This document shows positions 1 through 11,599 of a stretch of DNA of 64,000 nt, one piece after another. The first letter of the stretch is position 1. Every line of letters begins with the position of its first letter. The notes under the pieces were generated by a model. It made no database searches and was not told the DNA's origin. It saw only the letters and a list, made by a program, of their open reading frames with translations. A program made the position numbers and the translations under genes. Source of the DNA: Salisapilia sapeloensis CBS 127946 (taxonomy: Eukaryota; Protista; Oomycota); NCBI GenBank assembly GCA_023334545.1, contig JAADVB010000043.1, positions 1 through 64,000 on the forward strand, written 5' to 3'.

Positions 1-1034
1 ACTACCTACTCCGGCAGACGACTCGGATCGATCTGAAGCTCCACTATGATACGACGGTTGCAAACTAAAAAGGTATGGTACAGCAGCGCGCGCCCGCGCC
101 CGCGCTCAAGGAAGAAGCAGCTCCAAAGACTCTTGCATCGTTGGATAGTTAAGCAAGTCTGATTTGTGATGAGTCATCTTGAATTCGTCGAGAGTTGCAC
201 AACCGAGTTGAGGTTTGGATACTTCAGTTTGTGTGTGTACTGCGCTTTGCGTGAAGTATGGCAGCGTATCCGTTGGGCGAGATTTTGCTAGCAAGGTTTA
301 CGTCAAGCTGAAAAGCCTTGCAACTTTGTACACACACGACAACTCGAGAGTTGTCACTTCGGCACTACTTGCAGCTGCTAAGTTGTAGATCTTGATCATA
401 CAACCGAAGGCAAAATTATGAGCGTATGCTGCATCACAGTAGATCGAACCGTCTATAATGCATGGCAATTCCTTTTATCACTTAATAAGCAAACGTTTTC
501 GCAACATAACTGGCAATGAGCTCAGGGACATTGCAAAAGCTTTCCTGGCTTCTATACAAGATATTGCATATATATCGTAGCTCAAATTGCCCTCTTCATC
601 TAAAGTGTTACCACCTGAAGCAAGATCATTGCTGCTTCCACCATAACGATAGATCTGAAAGAAAATGTTGAGGTAAAGTCAGCATACACTAGAGTCGTGT
701 TCGTTCAGATAACCGGGTACTATGAAAAGAAGCATGGATGGATTGTAATAGAAATCAATGCCCAAGTCTTTGATGGTTCGTCTTACTCTTATGCCACTAT
801 CCACCTTTCCATTGCTATTCACATATATCATTCGCTCCTCTATCATGCTTCGGAGTGCAATAGTGTCGAGAGTATCGTGGTTTACGGCCAAATGACCTTC
901 GGGTTGAAGTTGCATTCGATTTACTTGCGATGTTGAGCTCTTCGCCAATTCACTAGGACGGAGTACAGTGTGAGTCAAAAGTGTCTTCTAATTATTTTAT
1001 CTATCACTGTATTATGCCTGCTCCGAAATAATAG

Positions 1035-1282
1035 CGAAGATCTCAATAGCGCAAGTAGAGCGAAGAGCTCACCGAGTCTTTCGCGCGCTTTTTCAAATGT
1101 GCACATTTCGAGCACCAGGCGTGATTTGAAGTCTTCTCGAAGATGGTTTCCTCACAATTACATCCAAGACGAAGACAGAGGTAGACCAAGAACGAGTAAG
1201 GCCGAGTTCATTGAGAGTACAGTCGAGGATGATGCGAGGCAAATTATGCGATATGAAAATGAGCACGTGCGAACTGTAACAG
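1035..1282 (+). CDS. Probable internal exon of an unresolved multi-exon gene (possibly the 5' part of the Sfi1-like gene)
   Basis: Strong GTGAGT donor at 970 and aataatag acceptor at 1034, then an open frame EDLNSASRAKSS...EHVRTVT ending at a GT donor near 1283. Product not recognised. Confidence 0.35.
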
Positions 1283-2365
1283 GTATTAAACCTTGGTGAT
1301 CCCACTTTTCCTAATTGACGAAAGAGGTAGGTTATATCGAGCAGGTATTCCGATTCAGGGCTAGTTTCTTCCGAAGCCGTCATCTACCTGTCGCAAATTC
1401 CATACAGATCATGCTATAGCGAGTATGACAATGGAAGCCTCAATTTAAACAAAGGATGAAGCTCTAGAGGCAAGTTGAACCAAGAATCTAGAGCAGCATC
1501 TCAATTATCACCATTGGTCACTTGCTTTATATCCTAAATATGGTGGGAAAAGTTATATTGAAGTGTCTCGTTAGATTTCAATGACAAATGGCAAAGCAAA
1601 TCGGCTATTCTCAACGAACGCGGTATTGACTGAGTCGATTATCATGAATAGAATTACTAAATGCGAATCCCAATTTTGCCGAATCGAAACTCTACGCGAA
1701 CACGGCCTAGGTGTATTGTAAATAAACGCGTGGACATCTAATCTAGAACTTTTAAATGATACTAATATGTTAATCCTGCCGAAGAGGATTGCCTGGATAC
1801 TTTATTCCTTGATTCGTACGAGATAACGTTAGTGAAATGGGACGAAATTGGCAAATGATTCTTGGCATGCTAATAACGAGTAGATCGATAGTTTTCTAAG
1901 ATGGCAATTTTAATGCAGCAAGATCGCGGGATACTTTGTGCTGGAGGCGAGCAGCGGTGGCTATCAAGTACTTGCTTTAGTCATTACAGACCGAAATTAC
2001 TCTTTACACTTTCTTCCCACAGACAGATCTAGAAATCCAACCGTTTAAAAGGAAAACTTCCTCGAAGTTAGCCGAAGCTTTTTGAGCTTACAATGAACAA
2101 TTGCCAAGTCATGTCATCTACTTCAATACATCACCACTATCCACTCAGACCATGCGAGCTCCCAGTAGATGCATCAATGCTTGTGTAACGAAAATATTTG
2201 TATAAACTTTCAATAACCTACATGAAGAGCACATACCTCTTGACTATGTCGCATTCACTATCTATACCTTGTCACGCTCGCATCTTATTCACGAACCTGC
2301 ACGCATCTGCGTACGGCGAAAACCTGGGATTCACTGAGCTTTGTCTGCGATCTTCTATTTTGCAG

Positions 2366-5300
2366 CATTAAACACCTTGCAAACATCATGGAAGACTCGA
2401 AGAGACGTTGGTGCTTCGCGGCAGCGTATCATTCGAGGCTACTTCAGCTACGTACACTAAGGTCTATGCAAACTGCAGTGCGAATGGAGCGTAAGAAGCG
2501 TCGTCGACGCGCTCTCGCGGCTAATTTATATCGTTATTCTCTCGGCTTAAAGATCCTAAAGGGATGGAGAGCTCAAACACTGCGCCTTCGAGCACGTAGA
2601 CAAGTAGAGAATTGATCCTAAGGATTGAGGCGCAGTTGAATGACTCATGGATATTGACATTGTAGGTACTTGCAACTGCTTCGCGCATCGGTGGCCGCTT
2701 TCGAATGCGTCTGACTTTCCAGAGATGGCGATTGTACGCTGATAAATGCCATCGCACTCCTCAGTGTCACAGTTCTCACAAGATACATGCATTGTCCGAC
2801 TTCAGTGAGCCTGTTCTCATGCCTACAATACCAGAAGGCCAGCTTATCCAGCCGAAAATGAAGCTAGTATTGACAGCGATATCCAGATATCATCTCCGCA
2901 AAGGATTTAGCAAATGGAAGTACTTGGTCGACAGCCTCCGGACAGCATTGTCACCTAGTAAACCGTACTTATGCCGACAGCTCGCTCGCTTTCAATGCCG
3001 TCAAGCCCTTTATAGATGGCATCGTTCCCTCACTCGATCGAAAGAGCGATCAGTACTTCGACTTCGAGCCTACTTCTTTCTATATTACCATTTGATGAAA
3101 ACTTCCCTCCAACGCCTTCGAGCTTATGCTCGTAAACGTAAGCAGTATGAAGCCGTGCGTAGGAATGTAAAACATAGGCTTGAACGAAAACTGTTGTGGG
3201 AAGCCATGTACAAGTGGAGTGGTCAACGATCCACTCGGAGAGCATTAATGGGATGGCATGACGTTGCTGCCGCAAGAAGACAGCAACGCTTTTTACTTCA
3301 ATCTAAAGCGAATGCCTTAGCACAAAGGTATGAAGGCCGACTACAGCGGCAAGTGTTCCAGTTGTGGAGGTCTTTATTTGAAGAGCGAGGGAAAGGAAGG
3401 ACTTTGCGTCAAGCATTAGAAAAACATTTCGTACTAAAGATGCTGCAACTTGGCTGGAGACAATGGTTAATACTCGTATCTAAGATGAAGCACTTAGAGG
3501 AGTTTCAGACCAAGAGAAGAGCAAAGGTGATGCAACAGATATGGGATGTATGGAAAGCACGGACGAAAGAGAAGACTTTAAAAGAGCTCAATCGCAGGAG
3601 AGCAGTTCGTCATCGATATCTAGGTCTACTAAGAGCAGGTTTTGAAAAGTTAAGAGCTAGATTGGAGCGCAGACAAACTCTTTCTCAGAAGGTTGTGGAG
3701 CTGGAACAGAAAACGGCTAGAAAGCAGAAAGCGGAATCATTCCGAGCTATGGTTATGTACGTCAATCGAAAGCGGGAGATAAAAGTTCATGTTGCTCTTG
3801 CTGATCATCATTATCGTATCAACGTCCTACGACGGACTTTTGTCCATAAACTGCAGACATATACACATAACCGTTTTAGACGTCGAGAGAAGATGCAGCA
3901 AGCGATCGAGCATTGCCATCAAAAGAAAATATCTACTACATTTTCCCACTGGAAAACTTTTCTGTACGGTGAACAGCTGAGATCGAGCCACCTCAAGTCT
4001 TTATACCTGTCAATGAAAGCAGAGAAAGATCGAGCAATGTGCCAGCGTGTTTGGAACAATTGGATGGAGTACGACCAAACGAAGCGAGTGAATCGGATTG
4101 TTAATGCAGAAATGCGAGGACGATGGCAAAGGCTCGTTTTAAAGCGTACGTGGGGCCAATGGCAGAGTGGCATATCGGCTATCCGATGTGAGTATGCTGC
4201 CTCTGAAAGAGCAAAACGCCATGCTGCTCTAATACTAAAGAAACGTATGCTCCAGTGGTGGCATGAACGCATCGTGGATAGGAAAACGTATCGTGAACAG
4301 AATCGAAGAGCGCTTGTGCAATGGAAAGTAGCGAAGCAGCGTCCGTGCTTTGAGGTGCTAAGAAAGTATGTTGATAAGAAGAAGATGGATCGAGATCGAC
4401 TGCACGAAGCATTGGAAATGCGGCACGAATGGCTTGTTCGAAATGGGTTGCGACATTGGATGACCGGGGCTCTGCATGTACGCTTCGAGCGAGATAAAAA
4501 GATAAGTGAAGGACAGGCAGTACGTACGGCGCAAGTTTGGCGACGTGTGGCAAAGGTTGCAAGACATTGGCGAGCACTTACCTTACGGCGGATGCAGTCT
4601 ACTAGAAATAACAGAGCATACGCACCGCAAGGGACGCATGGTATATATACTAGGCAGCGGGGTCTTGATTCTTTGACATCTCTGCAAGAAACGTTGTTTG
4701 ATCCTACCTCCGTAACTCGAACATTAGGGAGTAGAAGAACAGCAATGCCTCGCACATATGCCAATGATCATGGCGATGGCAATGGTCTTTCATATACGAT
4801 TCACGAGAAAGAAGCATCTATGTATTCTGACTACAAAAGTCCTAGTGGACTGTCGGCGTTTGTCATGTTGCCTCGAACACGCCCACAACCTCGAAAGCCT
4901 GTCGAGTTGCTTGTAAACAACTGGAATGGAAATGATGAAGCAGCTACTTGTCGTCAGAATGCTTCTTATGAGAAGCAGGAGCAGGAAAATGTTGGTGTGA
5001 ATCGAAGAATGAAAGAGCTGAATGACAAGTACGGCTTCCGATTCCAGCCAACGACGACTGCCACTTGTCCTATTGCCACTTCTGCATCTCCAAGAGACCT
5101 AAACAATGAAAATGATGATCAAAGTACAAGGAAGACTCAACCGTATCATCTCTCAACCGTCACGAGAACTGCATCAAGCGATCCAATGTCGCTGCAACTG
5201 GAGAAACTCGAGGACGAGCTGAGTTACTGGCGATCAAGAAAGCTGGAACGAAAGGAGTTAGCCTCATCTATCTCCGATCTTCGTCAACGGGTCCAAACTC

Positions 5301-5551
5301 CTTCTCACGAGTAAGTTAGAATGTTTCTTCTATCCAATACAGTATATCTTATTCTATCCTGCGTGCATGATCTTGGTCGTATCTGCAGACTCTTAGACCA
5401 CAGCGAGCAGCATGAAGGGTATAAGGAACTGCATCGGATGGAGCAAAGGTTTCGTCAACTTGATACAGAGTGGACGGAATCTATCGATCACATTCAAGAA
5501 CTCGTACATGAAGTCCATAAACTTCGGCAAAGCGTCGGCATAGAATCGTGA
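2366..5551 (+). CDS. Sfi1-like centrin-binding repeat protein (5' end unresolved)
   Basis: Long R/K-rich helical protein with regularly spaced Trp motifs (TFQRWR, GFSKWK, ALYRWH, AMYKWS, VFQLWR, TFSHWK, MLQWWH). Introns 2604-2665 and 5311-5388 join ORFs 2388, 2705 and 5321 in frame. An acceptor at 2365 implies further upstream exons. Confidence 0.7.
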
Positions 5552-5568
5552 GCAGTCTAATGAAATAC

Positions 5569-7170
5569 TTATCGAGTGACTTTTGTATATTCAGCTACAA
5601 CTTGGTCCGTAGTATTAAAAGCTTGTTCAAATTCCCCTTTCTCCATGCCGTACTTGTAATACCAATGAAGATACGCATTCGCGTGAAACTGTTGTCGAGC
5701 ACGATCGAGGTAATGCGACATACTTGGCAAGTGATGCCCATTATTAATGCAGAAGGTGATGGAGCTCCCAGCATCAGCGTGGTTCCACATCTTTTTGTCA
5801 GAGGAAGTTGTCGCGAAAGTCGAGTTAGAGGTATTGTTTGCAGTGATAAAATATCGCTTAGATAGCTTTTCAAGCTCACTTTCGCAAGATTGAGGAAATG
5901 TACTAGCATTATGTCGGGTACAGAATCCTCGGATAAAGGCAATGTTAGCAATCGATTTGGAGATTGCACACTTAGCTTTAGGCTCGACAAATGCCTTCGC
6001 AGTCGCACGAGCTAAGGCTGACATTTGGCTCACGTCGTCAGTCTGACTATCACAGCTCGTCGTCGTTTCCACCGGTAACGCGTGATGCATGCGATATCGA
6101 TAAAATAAGTTGTCATGCTTTCTACTTTGTTTCTTGTAGTAGCCCAGAGGTAATGGACAGCTAGCTGCGAGACCTGTTTTAATGTCTAGGTACTTCATGG
6201 ACTGGATAGGACAGGCTGCTTGTACAAACTCTGGCAGGTTGAAAGGTGACATCGTATATTTTTTACCACGACCGATGGTGTAAATGGGCATGACTATCCC
6301 GGCCAAATCTGTCGTCGCGTTAAGGTTCATTTCTTCTAACGTCACTCTTTCAACATCTTGATTGATGTCATCGTTTGTATGGTCAATTTGATTGTCAAAG
6401 GTCGATGGACACTTGGGCTTGGCCATCAACTTTAATCGACGCATTCGTTTCCAGTATTTGACCGAGTGCACGAGGTCATCATTCATTTTAAATACGACGG
6501 CATCAGCAAATTTATGAAGCTTATCAAATGCAAGTACAGAATTGTAACTTTGGAGTGGAGATTGGGCGACGTTACAGGATGGAGCAATTGCGGTAACTAA
6601 GATATTGTGCTTTGGTTCCATGTCGCGAATAGATTCTAGCACTCGAGAACCTACACCTGAGCCAGTACCACCGCCCATGGAGAGTGTAAGAATGGTGCCA
6701 TTGTATCTGTCCAATGTCTCCATTTCTTTCTGAAAGGATTCTTGTATTTCCTCCATCAGCTCTTGATTTTCAACTAGCTTGGGTTTACTTGCCTTATGAA
6801 TAGAGCGATGTGCCTTGACGATCCTTCGAATGTTAGCAACAGATCGCGCTTTGCTCGGCTTTAAGTTTCGAGCCGGCTTCGCCGAAGAGATTGAATCTAT
6901 CTTATATCCCATAGCCCAATTGTTACCTCGGCCAGACTGACTGATGTTCCAGTGAGCAGGTTGGAAATCTGACCGACATCGATGAATCATGCTATGTACC
7001 ACCTTTGGCTCGGTATCCACAAGAATACAGTGTGCTTTCTTATCATGTTGCTCATGAAAGAGAGGTGAGTGCAAGGTTTCCACTGGTTCTAAAGAGCTTA
7101 ACGAGGCTAGACGCCAGAAGGGTTCACACATTTGAATCCCGCCCTGCCCGATATGAACGTACAACGACAT
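5569..7170 (-). CDS. Divergent tubulin of the delta/zeta ('cryptic') class
   Basis: HIGQGG, ILVDTEPKV, SGRGNNWAMGY, tubulin signature MGGGTGSG, NAYLHWYYKYGME. GRGNNW and AYLHWY resemble zeta/delta tubulin rather than alpha/beta. Intronless, 533 aa. Confidence 0.85.
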   Translation of the reverse strand: MSLYVHIGQGGIQMCEPFWRLASLSSLEPVETLHSPLFHEQHDKKAHCILVDTEPKVVHSMIHRCRSDFQPAHWNISQSGRGNNWAMGYKIDSISSAKPARNLKPSKARSVANIRRIVKAHRSIHKASKPKLVENQELMEEIQESFQKEMETLDRYNGTILTLSMGGGTGSGVGSRVLESIRDMEPKHNILVTAIAPSCNVAQSPLQSYNSVLAFDKLHKFADAVVFKMNDDLVHSVKYWKRMRRLKLMAKPKCPSTFDNQIDHTNDDINQDVERVTLEEMNLNATTDLAGIVMPIYTIGRGKKYTMSPFNLPEFVQAACPIQSMKYLDIKTGLAASCPLPLGYYKKQSRKHDNLFYRYRMHHALPVETTTSCDSQTDDVSQMSALARATAKAFVEPKAKCAISKSIANIAFIRGFCTRHNASTFPQSCESELEKLSKRYFITANNTSNSTFATTSSDKKMWNHADAGSSITFCINNGHHLPSMSHYLDRARQQFHANAYLHWYYKYGMEKGEFEQAFNTTDQVVAEYTKVTR

Positions 7171-7420
7171 CTTATAAGCTTAATAAATGCACCAGATAGG
7201 ATTTATACTTCTCTACTAGGTTCATGTACCTAGTCCGTAAGCTGACGACACAGCAGTTTGCAATCGCTGAACGTAGCGAGTAAAGTGCGAGTTGGAACAA
7301 GATAAGGGGAGAGCCGGTCGTGCTGATAGTCGTCCTCAATACCGCTGCAATTTCTAGCAACGGGTGTGAAAGCAAAAGGATCTAAAATTAGACTTAGCAT
7401 TTGCAAAGTCACGAGATGAG

Positions 7421-10400
7421 ATGCAATCATTCCACAATTCGAGTTTGCTGATGGATATATCAGCAATGGATGGAGAAAACAAGCTAGTAAAATCTCCGGC
7501 GGGGAATAACGAGGTCCTAGAAGTTTCATGTAATCGATCAACTTGCAGTCAAACTCCAGAACACCATGATGCGAAAGAGCAAAAGCTGGATCCTACCATC
7601 CAGAAACGAGATAGTGGTGCCTCAATAATGAGATCACTGTCTTCTAAAAGCGACAGCTTAAAGTATCTGCCGATGACCAATTGGTGGAAGCACAACCTTC
7701 CAGTCTTCGCGAGGCATCGTGGTACCTCATTTTTCTGTTCGGGTCATATAGCTACCTACCTCGGCAATAGTACATTCATGGTTGTATTTGATGACGGTTC
7801 AATCGACTACAGAATACGGCGTGAAGATATTATCATCCGAGAAGTTGCTCCGCTAAACAATGACTCCACTCAGATGGCAGCGAAAGACCCTTGTCCAGAA
7901 GTTGAAAAACCAAAGGATCCGCTTAAAACTATACACAATTTTGTGTCTAACCGCTCTGGAAGTATCAAGTATCTTGAAGTCGGTCCGTCCATCCATCAAA
8001 CGCAACAATCTAGTCGGGGTGTTAGCAGTGTGGCTTGGAAAGATCGGCTACTTGATCTCGAGCCGATAGTGATCGACTTTTCAAAGCATCCGCCACGAGA
8101 GATAAAGCTCAATCTTTATACACATGACTCTGAGCATAAAGAAATTTGGACTGACACTCCATCGTCTGATGAGCTGGCTCAAAATTTGATCTCGGCCGAG
8201 TTAAATATGATGCATCCTTTAGATAATGGAGTACGATACACAGAGGACTCGACACAACTCAGTGACTCAGATGATGACAGTGAAGAGGAGTTTGTGACTC
8301 CATGGCAGCAAATGACACAGACACTTGGGATGGCCAAGTCTCGCACCAGACCCCGGCGCAGCAGCATATCCTCTGTATCACAAGTAGATCGAAATTCTAC
8401 TTCGGTTAAAATGGCGGCAAACTCAACACCAACGAATCCGACAGGCTTTAAAGCATGTTTGATAAATATGTTTCGAAGGGCCAGGTCGTATGGCAAAGTG
8501 ATTCCTGCGATGAACAGTACAACAGGTGACGATTTACTGTTCAAGTCACTTTCGGAATTAGAAAAAGCGCTTTCTTTGCTAAAGCAAGGCCAAGCGCCAC
8601 AGCGTGATGAAAGCTCCCATGCATCGTTTCCGCGGCTCCTTGTGAAGCAGTCGAGTAGTAACGTCGGATCATGTGGAACTGATAGAGTGGTGTTCGACAG
8701 ACCTGAAGATGGATTGCGCGTGTATGGCTCCATCCAGAGTAAATTGTGCAATGGTAATCTTGAAATTGTGACCGAAGGCCAGAATACAGTGCACGTGGAA
8801 GTAGTTCCTGCATCTCGAGTGGAACTTTTACCTTCACTTTCCGAGCTAGAGATGCAAGTAGCGGACCTAAAGCATCGACTGGATGTATTATATACTGGCC
8901 GCAAGGTACAAGTAAGTTTATATCCGGGGAAGAAGTTTACTGGGCAAGGCGTGATCACGATGGAATGCGCGGACAACACGTTTCACGTTCTTATGCATAA
9001 TCGGATTCGACTTGCGAACGTCCCAGCGGATAAACTGATGCCAATAATCGAGAAACGCCGTCGTGCAGAAATCGTTATCACGGACAAGCAATTCATTTGG
9101 TGTTTTAATAAAACCAAGGCATACATAGGCGATCTCGTCTACGTCAAGTGCTATAATGCGGATGACAATTTGGATTGTTTTTATTCGAAACGTCGTGGAT
9201 CGATCATTGGTGGCGATTCTAGCTTTGGAGCGGAGGAGAAAGTGGGCATATTAAACGGTGTCTATTCCAATAATACTGCTGCCGTTGATTTCGCAGATGG
9301 AAGTTCAGGTTACCAGATACCTCCACAATATATTACGAAGAAGAAGCGGCAGCGACCCAATATTGACCTCGATGTCTTGTCGCTTAAGAATGCAGTGTTA
9401 ATGGGTGCTAACCCAGAAACACTCGATGTCGGTTACCAGGTCAAAGCAGACCACCCTATGAAGGGGTCAGTTGAAAGTTGTACGGTTATTAAAAGACATC
9501 CGTCTACAGCGTGTGATCTGCACTTCTCAGACGGTACCATCGCCTTTGAAGTGTTTCCTTCTCAAATGCTGTTAGTTTCTTCATCGAATGCACCTTCTCC
9601 CGCCATCTCGCCACGTTCCAATCGGTCTATGGCTGCATCAGCAGGAAGCGGTAGAAGTGCAAAGCACTTGCGATTATCTTCTGAAATACATTACGATTTT
9701 GCCGTCGGCAAATATGTACTCGGATGGAGCAATCGTTTCGGTAGATACTGCTCTGCAAAAGTCTATGCCAGATCACACAATAAGCCGGCCACAAATATAA
9801 AATATGGTACGTCCATGAACGACATTTCGGAAGCAGACGATTCACTTCCGCTGATGTATACCATCGTCTTTGACTACGGTGAACTACGTGCGAACGTACT
9901 GGAAAGCAATCTTGCACCACTTGACGATGGTGATGCGCTTCACCCAGCAGAGAAGCTGACTAATTTTAGCATCGACACCATCGGCTTTGAACTAGCACCG
10001 TCCAACTTTACCATTGGAGAAGCAGTGATGGCTCGCATGTACAATAGCGGACGATACTTTCATGGCGTCGTTGAGGCGGTGCACTTGTCCGACCGTACTT
10101 GCACCGTGCAATTCGATTCTTCAGCCAAAGATGAGCGGGTTCCTTTCACAAAGATGTTTTCGGTAGACGCACGCAACCTGTACCAGTCCATTAGCGGCAA
10201 ACAGAAGAATCAGTCGGACTCGGCAGACTCGTCCAACAAGAAACGTCGATGGTCAGAGCGGGCCTTCCGTCGCGTTTCGAGCACTTTGACGGATGGATCT
10301 GTGACTGGGACTCGAAGAATGAGGAGATCGAGTAACAATGGTTCTATCAGCAGCATGATCGTCTCAGCAGCTGGATCACTTGCCCGAGCTCGACAACTAG

Positions 10401-10510
10401 TGCATCGGGATGAAGAGCGTGAGCCGAGCAAATGGTCACCTCGGCGTCTCAGCTCTGCGTTCTTTGCAAAGAAGCATGTTGAAAGAGCCCCAGAACGTCC
10501 GGATGCGTAG
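7421..10510 (+). CDS. Multi Tudor/SH3-like barrel repeat protein, 1029 aa
   Basis: About six modules of the type (F)xVGxxVxA...Y/F.G.V.......Y.V.F.DG, e.g. FTIGEAVMARMYNSGRYFHGVVEAVHLSDRTCTVQFDSS and GHIATYLGNSTFMVVFDDGS, separated by Ser-rich linkers. Confidence 0.6.
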   Translation: MQSFHNSSLLMDISAMDGENKLVKSPAGNNEVLEVSCNRSTCSQTPEHHDAKEQKLDPTIQKRDSGASIMRSLSSKSDSLKYLPMTNWWKHNLPVFARHRGTSFFCSGHIATYLGNSTFMVVFDDGSIDYRIRREDIIIREVAPLNNDSTQMAAKDPCPEVEKPKDPLKTIHNFVSNRSGSIKYLEVGPSIHQTQQSSRGVSSVAWKDRLLDLEPIVIDFSKHPPREIKLNLYTHDSEHKEIWTDTPSSDELAQNLISAELNMMHPLDNGVRYTEDSTQLSDSDDDSEEEFVTPWQQMTQTLGMAKSRTRPRRSSISSVSQVDRNSTSVKMAANSTPTNPTGFKACLINMFRRARSYGKVIPAMNSTTGDDLLFKSLSELEKALSLLKQGQAPQRDESSHASFPRLLVKQSSSNVGSCGTDRVVFDRPEDGLRVYGSIQSKLCNGNLEIVTEGQNTVHVEVVPASRVELLPSLSELEMQVADLKHRLDVLYTGRKVQVSLYPGKKFTGQGVITMECADNTFHVLMHNRIRLANVPADKLMPIIEKRRRAEIVITDKQFIWCFNKTKAYIGDLVYVKCYNADDNLDCFYSKRRGSIIGGDSSFGAEEKVGILNGVYSNNTAAVDFADGSSGYQIPPQYITKKKRQRPNIDLDVLSLKNAVLMGANPETLDVGYQVKADHPMKGSVESCTVIKRHPSTACDLHFSDGTIAFEVFPSQMLLVSSSNAPSPAISPRSNRSMAASAGSGRSAKHLRLSSEIHYDFAVGKYVLGWSNRFGRYCSAKVYARSHNKPATNIKYGTSMNDISEADDSLPLMYTIVFDYGELRANVLESNLAPLDDGDALHPAEKLTNFSIDTIGFELAPSNFTIGEAVMARMYNSGRYFHGVVEAVHLSDRTCTVQFDSSAKDERVPFTKMFSVDARNLYQSISGKQKNQSDSADSSNKKRRWSERAFRRVSSTLTDGSVTGTRRMRRSSNNGSISSMIVSAAGSLARARQLVHRDEEREPSKWSPRRLSSAFFAKKHVERAPERPDA

Positions 10511-10562
10511 TAAAATAGAGCAAACCTGAAGTGATATCCAAATCGATGCCAATGTATTTTTC

Positions 10563-11408
10563 TTATGAAAGCGTAGAGATGAGCGAGACTACGAGGATAG
10601 CAACGAGTAGACCAAGACCACTGTACAACATCATTTTCGTGCGAGAGCATGAGCAGAATTTGGTGCGTTTGTCTGCTTCTCGCACCTGTTCCACTGCTGC
10701 GCTCGTATTGTCCTTGGCCTCTTGCGTATTCTCTGCGATCTCAATGACAGCTTCACCCTGATCTTGCACTAGTCCGTCAATCTCCTGGAAGGCAGCATTC
10801 ACTTCTTTCATCTGGTGCGTAATGTGGATAATATCCTCCTCACGTTTTGCTAGATCGTCTTCATCATATAACGTCACATTGGCCTGTGCGTAGATCTGGT
10901 CTTCATTATAATTGGAAAATTCAGGCTTGGCTTTCGATTTGCCGCTCTGATGTGGCGCCGGCTCCTTCGTGCTGGGCAGCATTTCCTCCTGGAAGGAGGA
11001 AGAGGAGCGCCGAATGTCATCAACCGACTGACGCTCGGATTCTGTCAAACGTTTACAAGTATCTTCAAAAATACGGAGCTGGTTCTTGAAATCCGAAGAT
11101 AGCTTTTTCAATTGCGTCCGACGGCGACGTGCTTGCGGTCCGTCAGCATTCCGAGCTGCCTTGGTCAACTCTTGTAACCGGCGTTTAATCTTCGAAACGA
11201 GTTTCTGTCCCTTATCAACTAGTTCCTTTACTTGGTCGTGGTTGGACCGAGTGTCCTGGGGTGTGTTGAAAAGCGACATCTTCTGTGCGATCGACCGCGT
11301 GACCTGATTAAAGCCTGAAATCCCCTTCGACGTCTCCTGCGACAGCTTCTCGAACCGATCGTCCGACATGCCGCCTGGTGAATTCACCGACGTGTACTGG
11401 TCCCCCAT
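10563..11408 (-). CDS. Qa-SNARE syntaxin, syntaxin-7/12 (Pep12)-like
   Basis: Habc helices (QLKKLSSDFKNQL), SNARE motif REEDIIHITHQMKEVNAAFQEIDGLVQDQGEAVIEIAEN, C-terminal TM helix. Confidence 0.85.
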   Translation of the reverse strand: MGDQYTSVNSPGGMSDDRFEKLSQETSKGISGFNQVTRSIAQKMSLFNTPQDTRSNHDQVKELVDKGQKLVSKIKRRLQELTKAARNADGPQARRRRTQLKKLSSDFKNQLRIFEDTCKRLTESERQSVDDIRRSSSSFQEEMLPSTKEPAPHQSGKSKAKPEFSNYNEDQIYAQANVTLYDEDDLAKREEDIIHITHQMKEVNAAFQEIDGLVQDQGEAVIEIAENTQEAKDNTSAAVEQVREADKRTKFCSCSRTKMMLYSGLGLLVAILVVSLISTLS

Positions 11409-11599
11409 GGCGTCTGTGGTGCGCGGATGGAAACAATCGAAGTGGCGATGGGGGAGGAGGCGTCGCGATGGCCAGTTTGACTGACGTCTAGGCGATCATA
11501 TAAACGATTTGTGATTCGTCCGTTTGTGCACTACTTGTGAATGTTTATACAGAGAAAGGGCAGCCACGGTGGATTATAAATATACTTGGTGTCAGAAAG

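Noticed and set aside
106-978. Minus-strand fragments resembling a glycerophosphodiester phosphodiesterase (PEGHLAVNHDTLD; YPTMQESLELL)
   Set aside because: Only two short motif look-alikes with no N-terminal HRG/EN motif, and the plus strand has better splice signals and protein-like exons.
3919-4764. 281-aa antisense ORF, and similar ones at 8179-8979, 24486-25100, 47977-48627 and 48659-49198
   Set aside because: They lie wholly opposite well-supported genes and lack domain features; these are typical antisense shadows.
11482-11488. Recurring TGACGTC (CRE-like) in short promoters (also 36713-36719 and 62896-62902)
   Set aside because: A 7-mer is expected about 8 times by chance in 64 kb on both strands, so three promoter hits are not significant without a genome-wide test.
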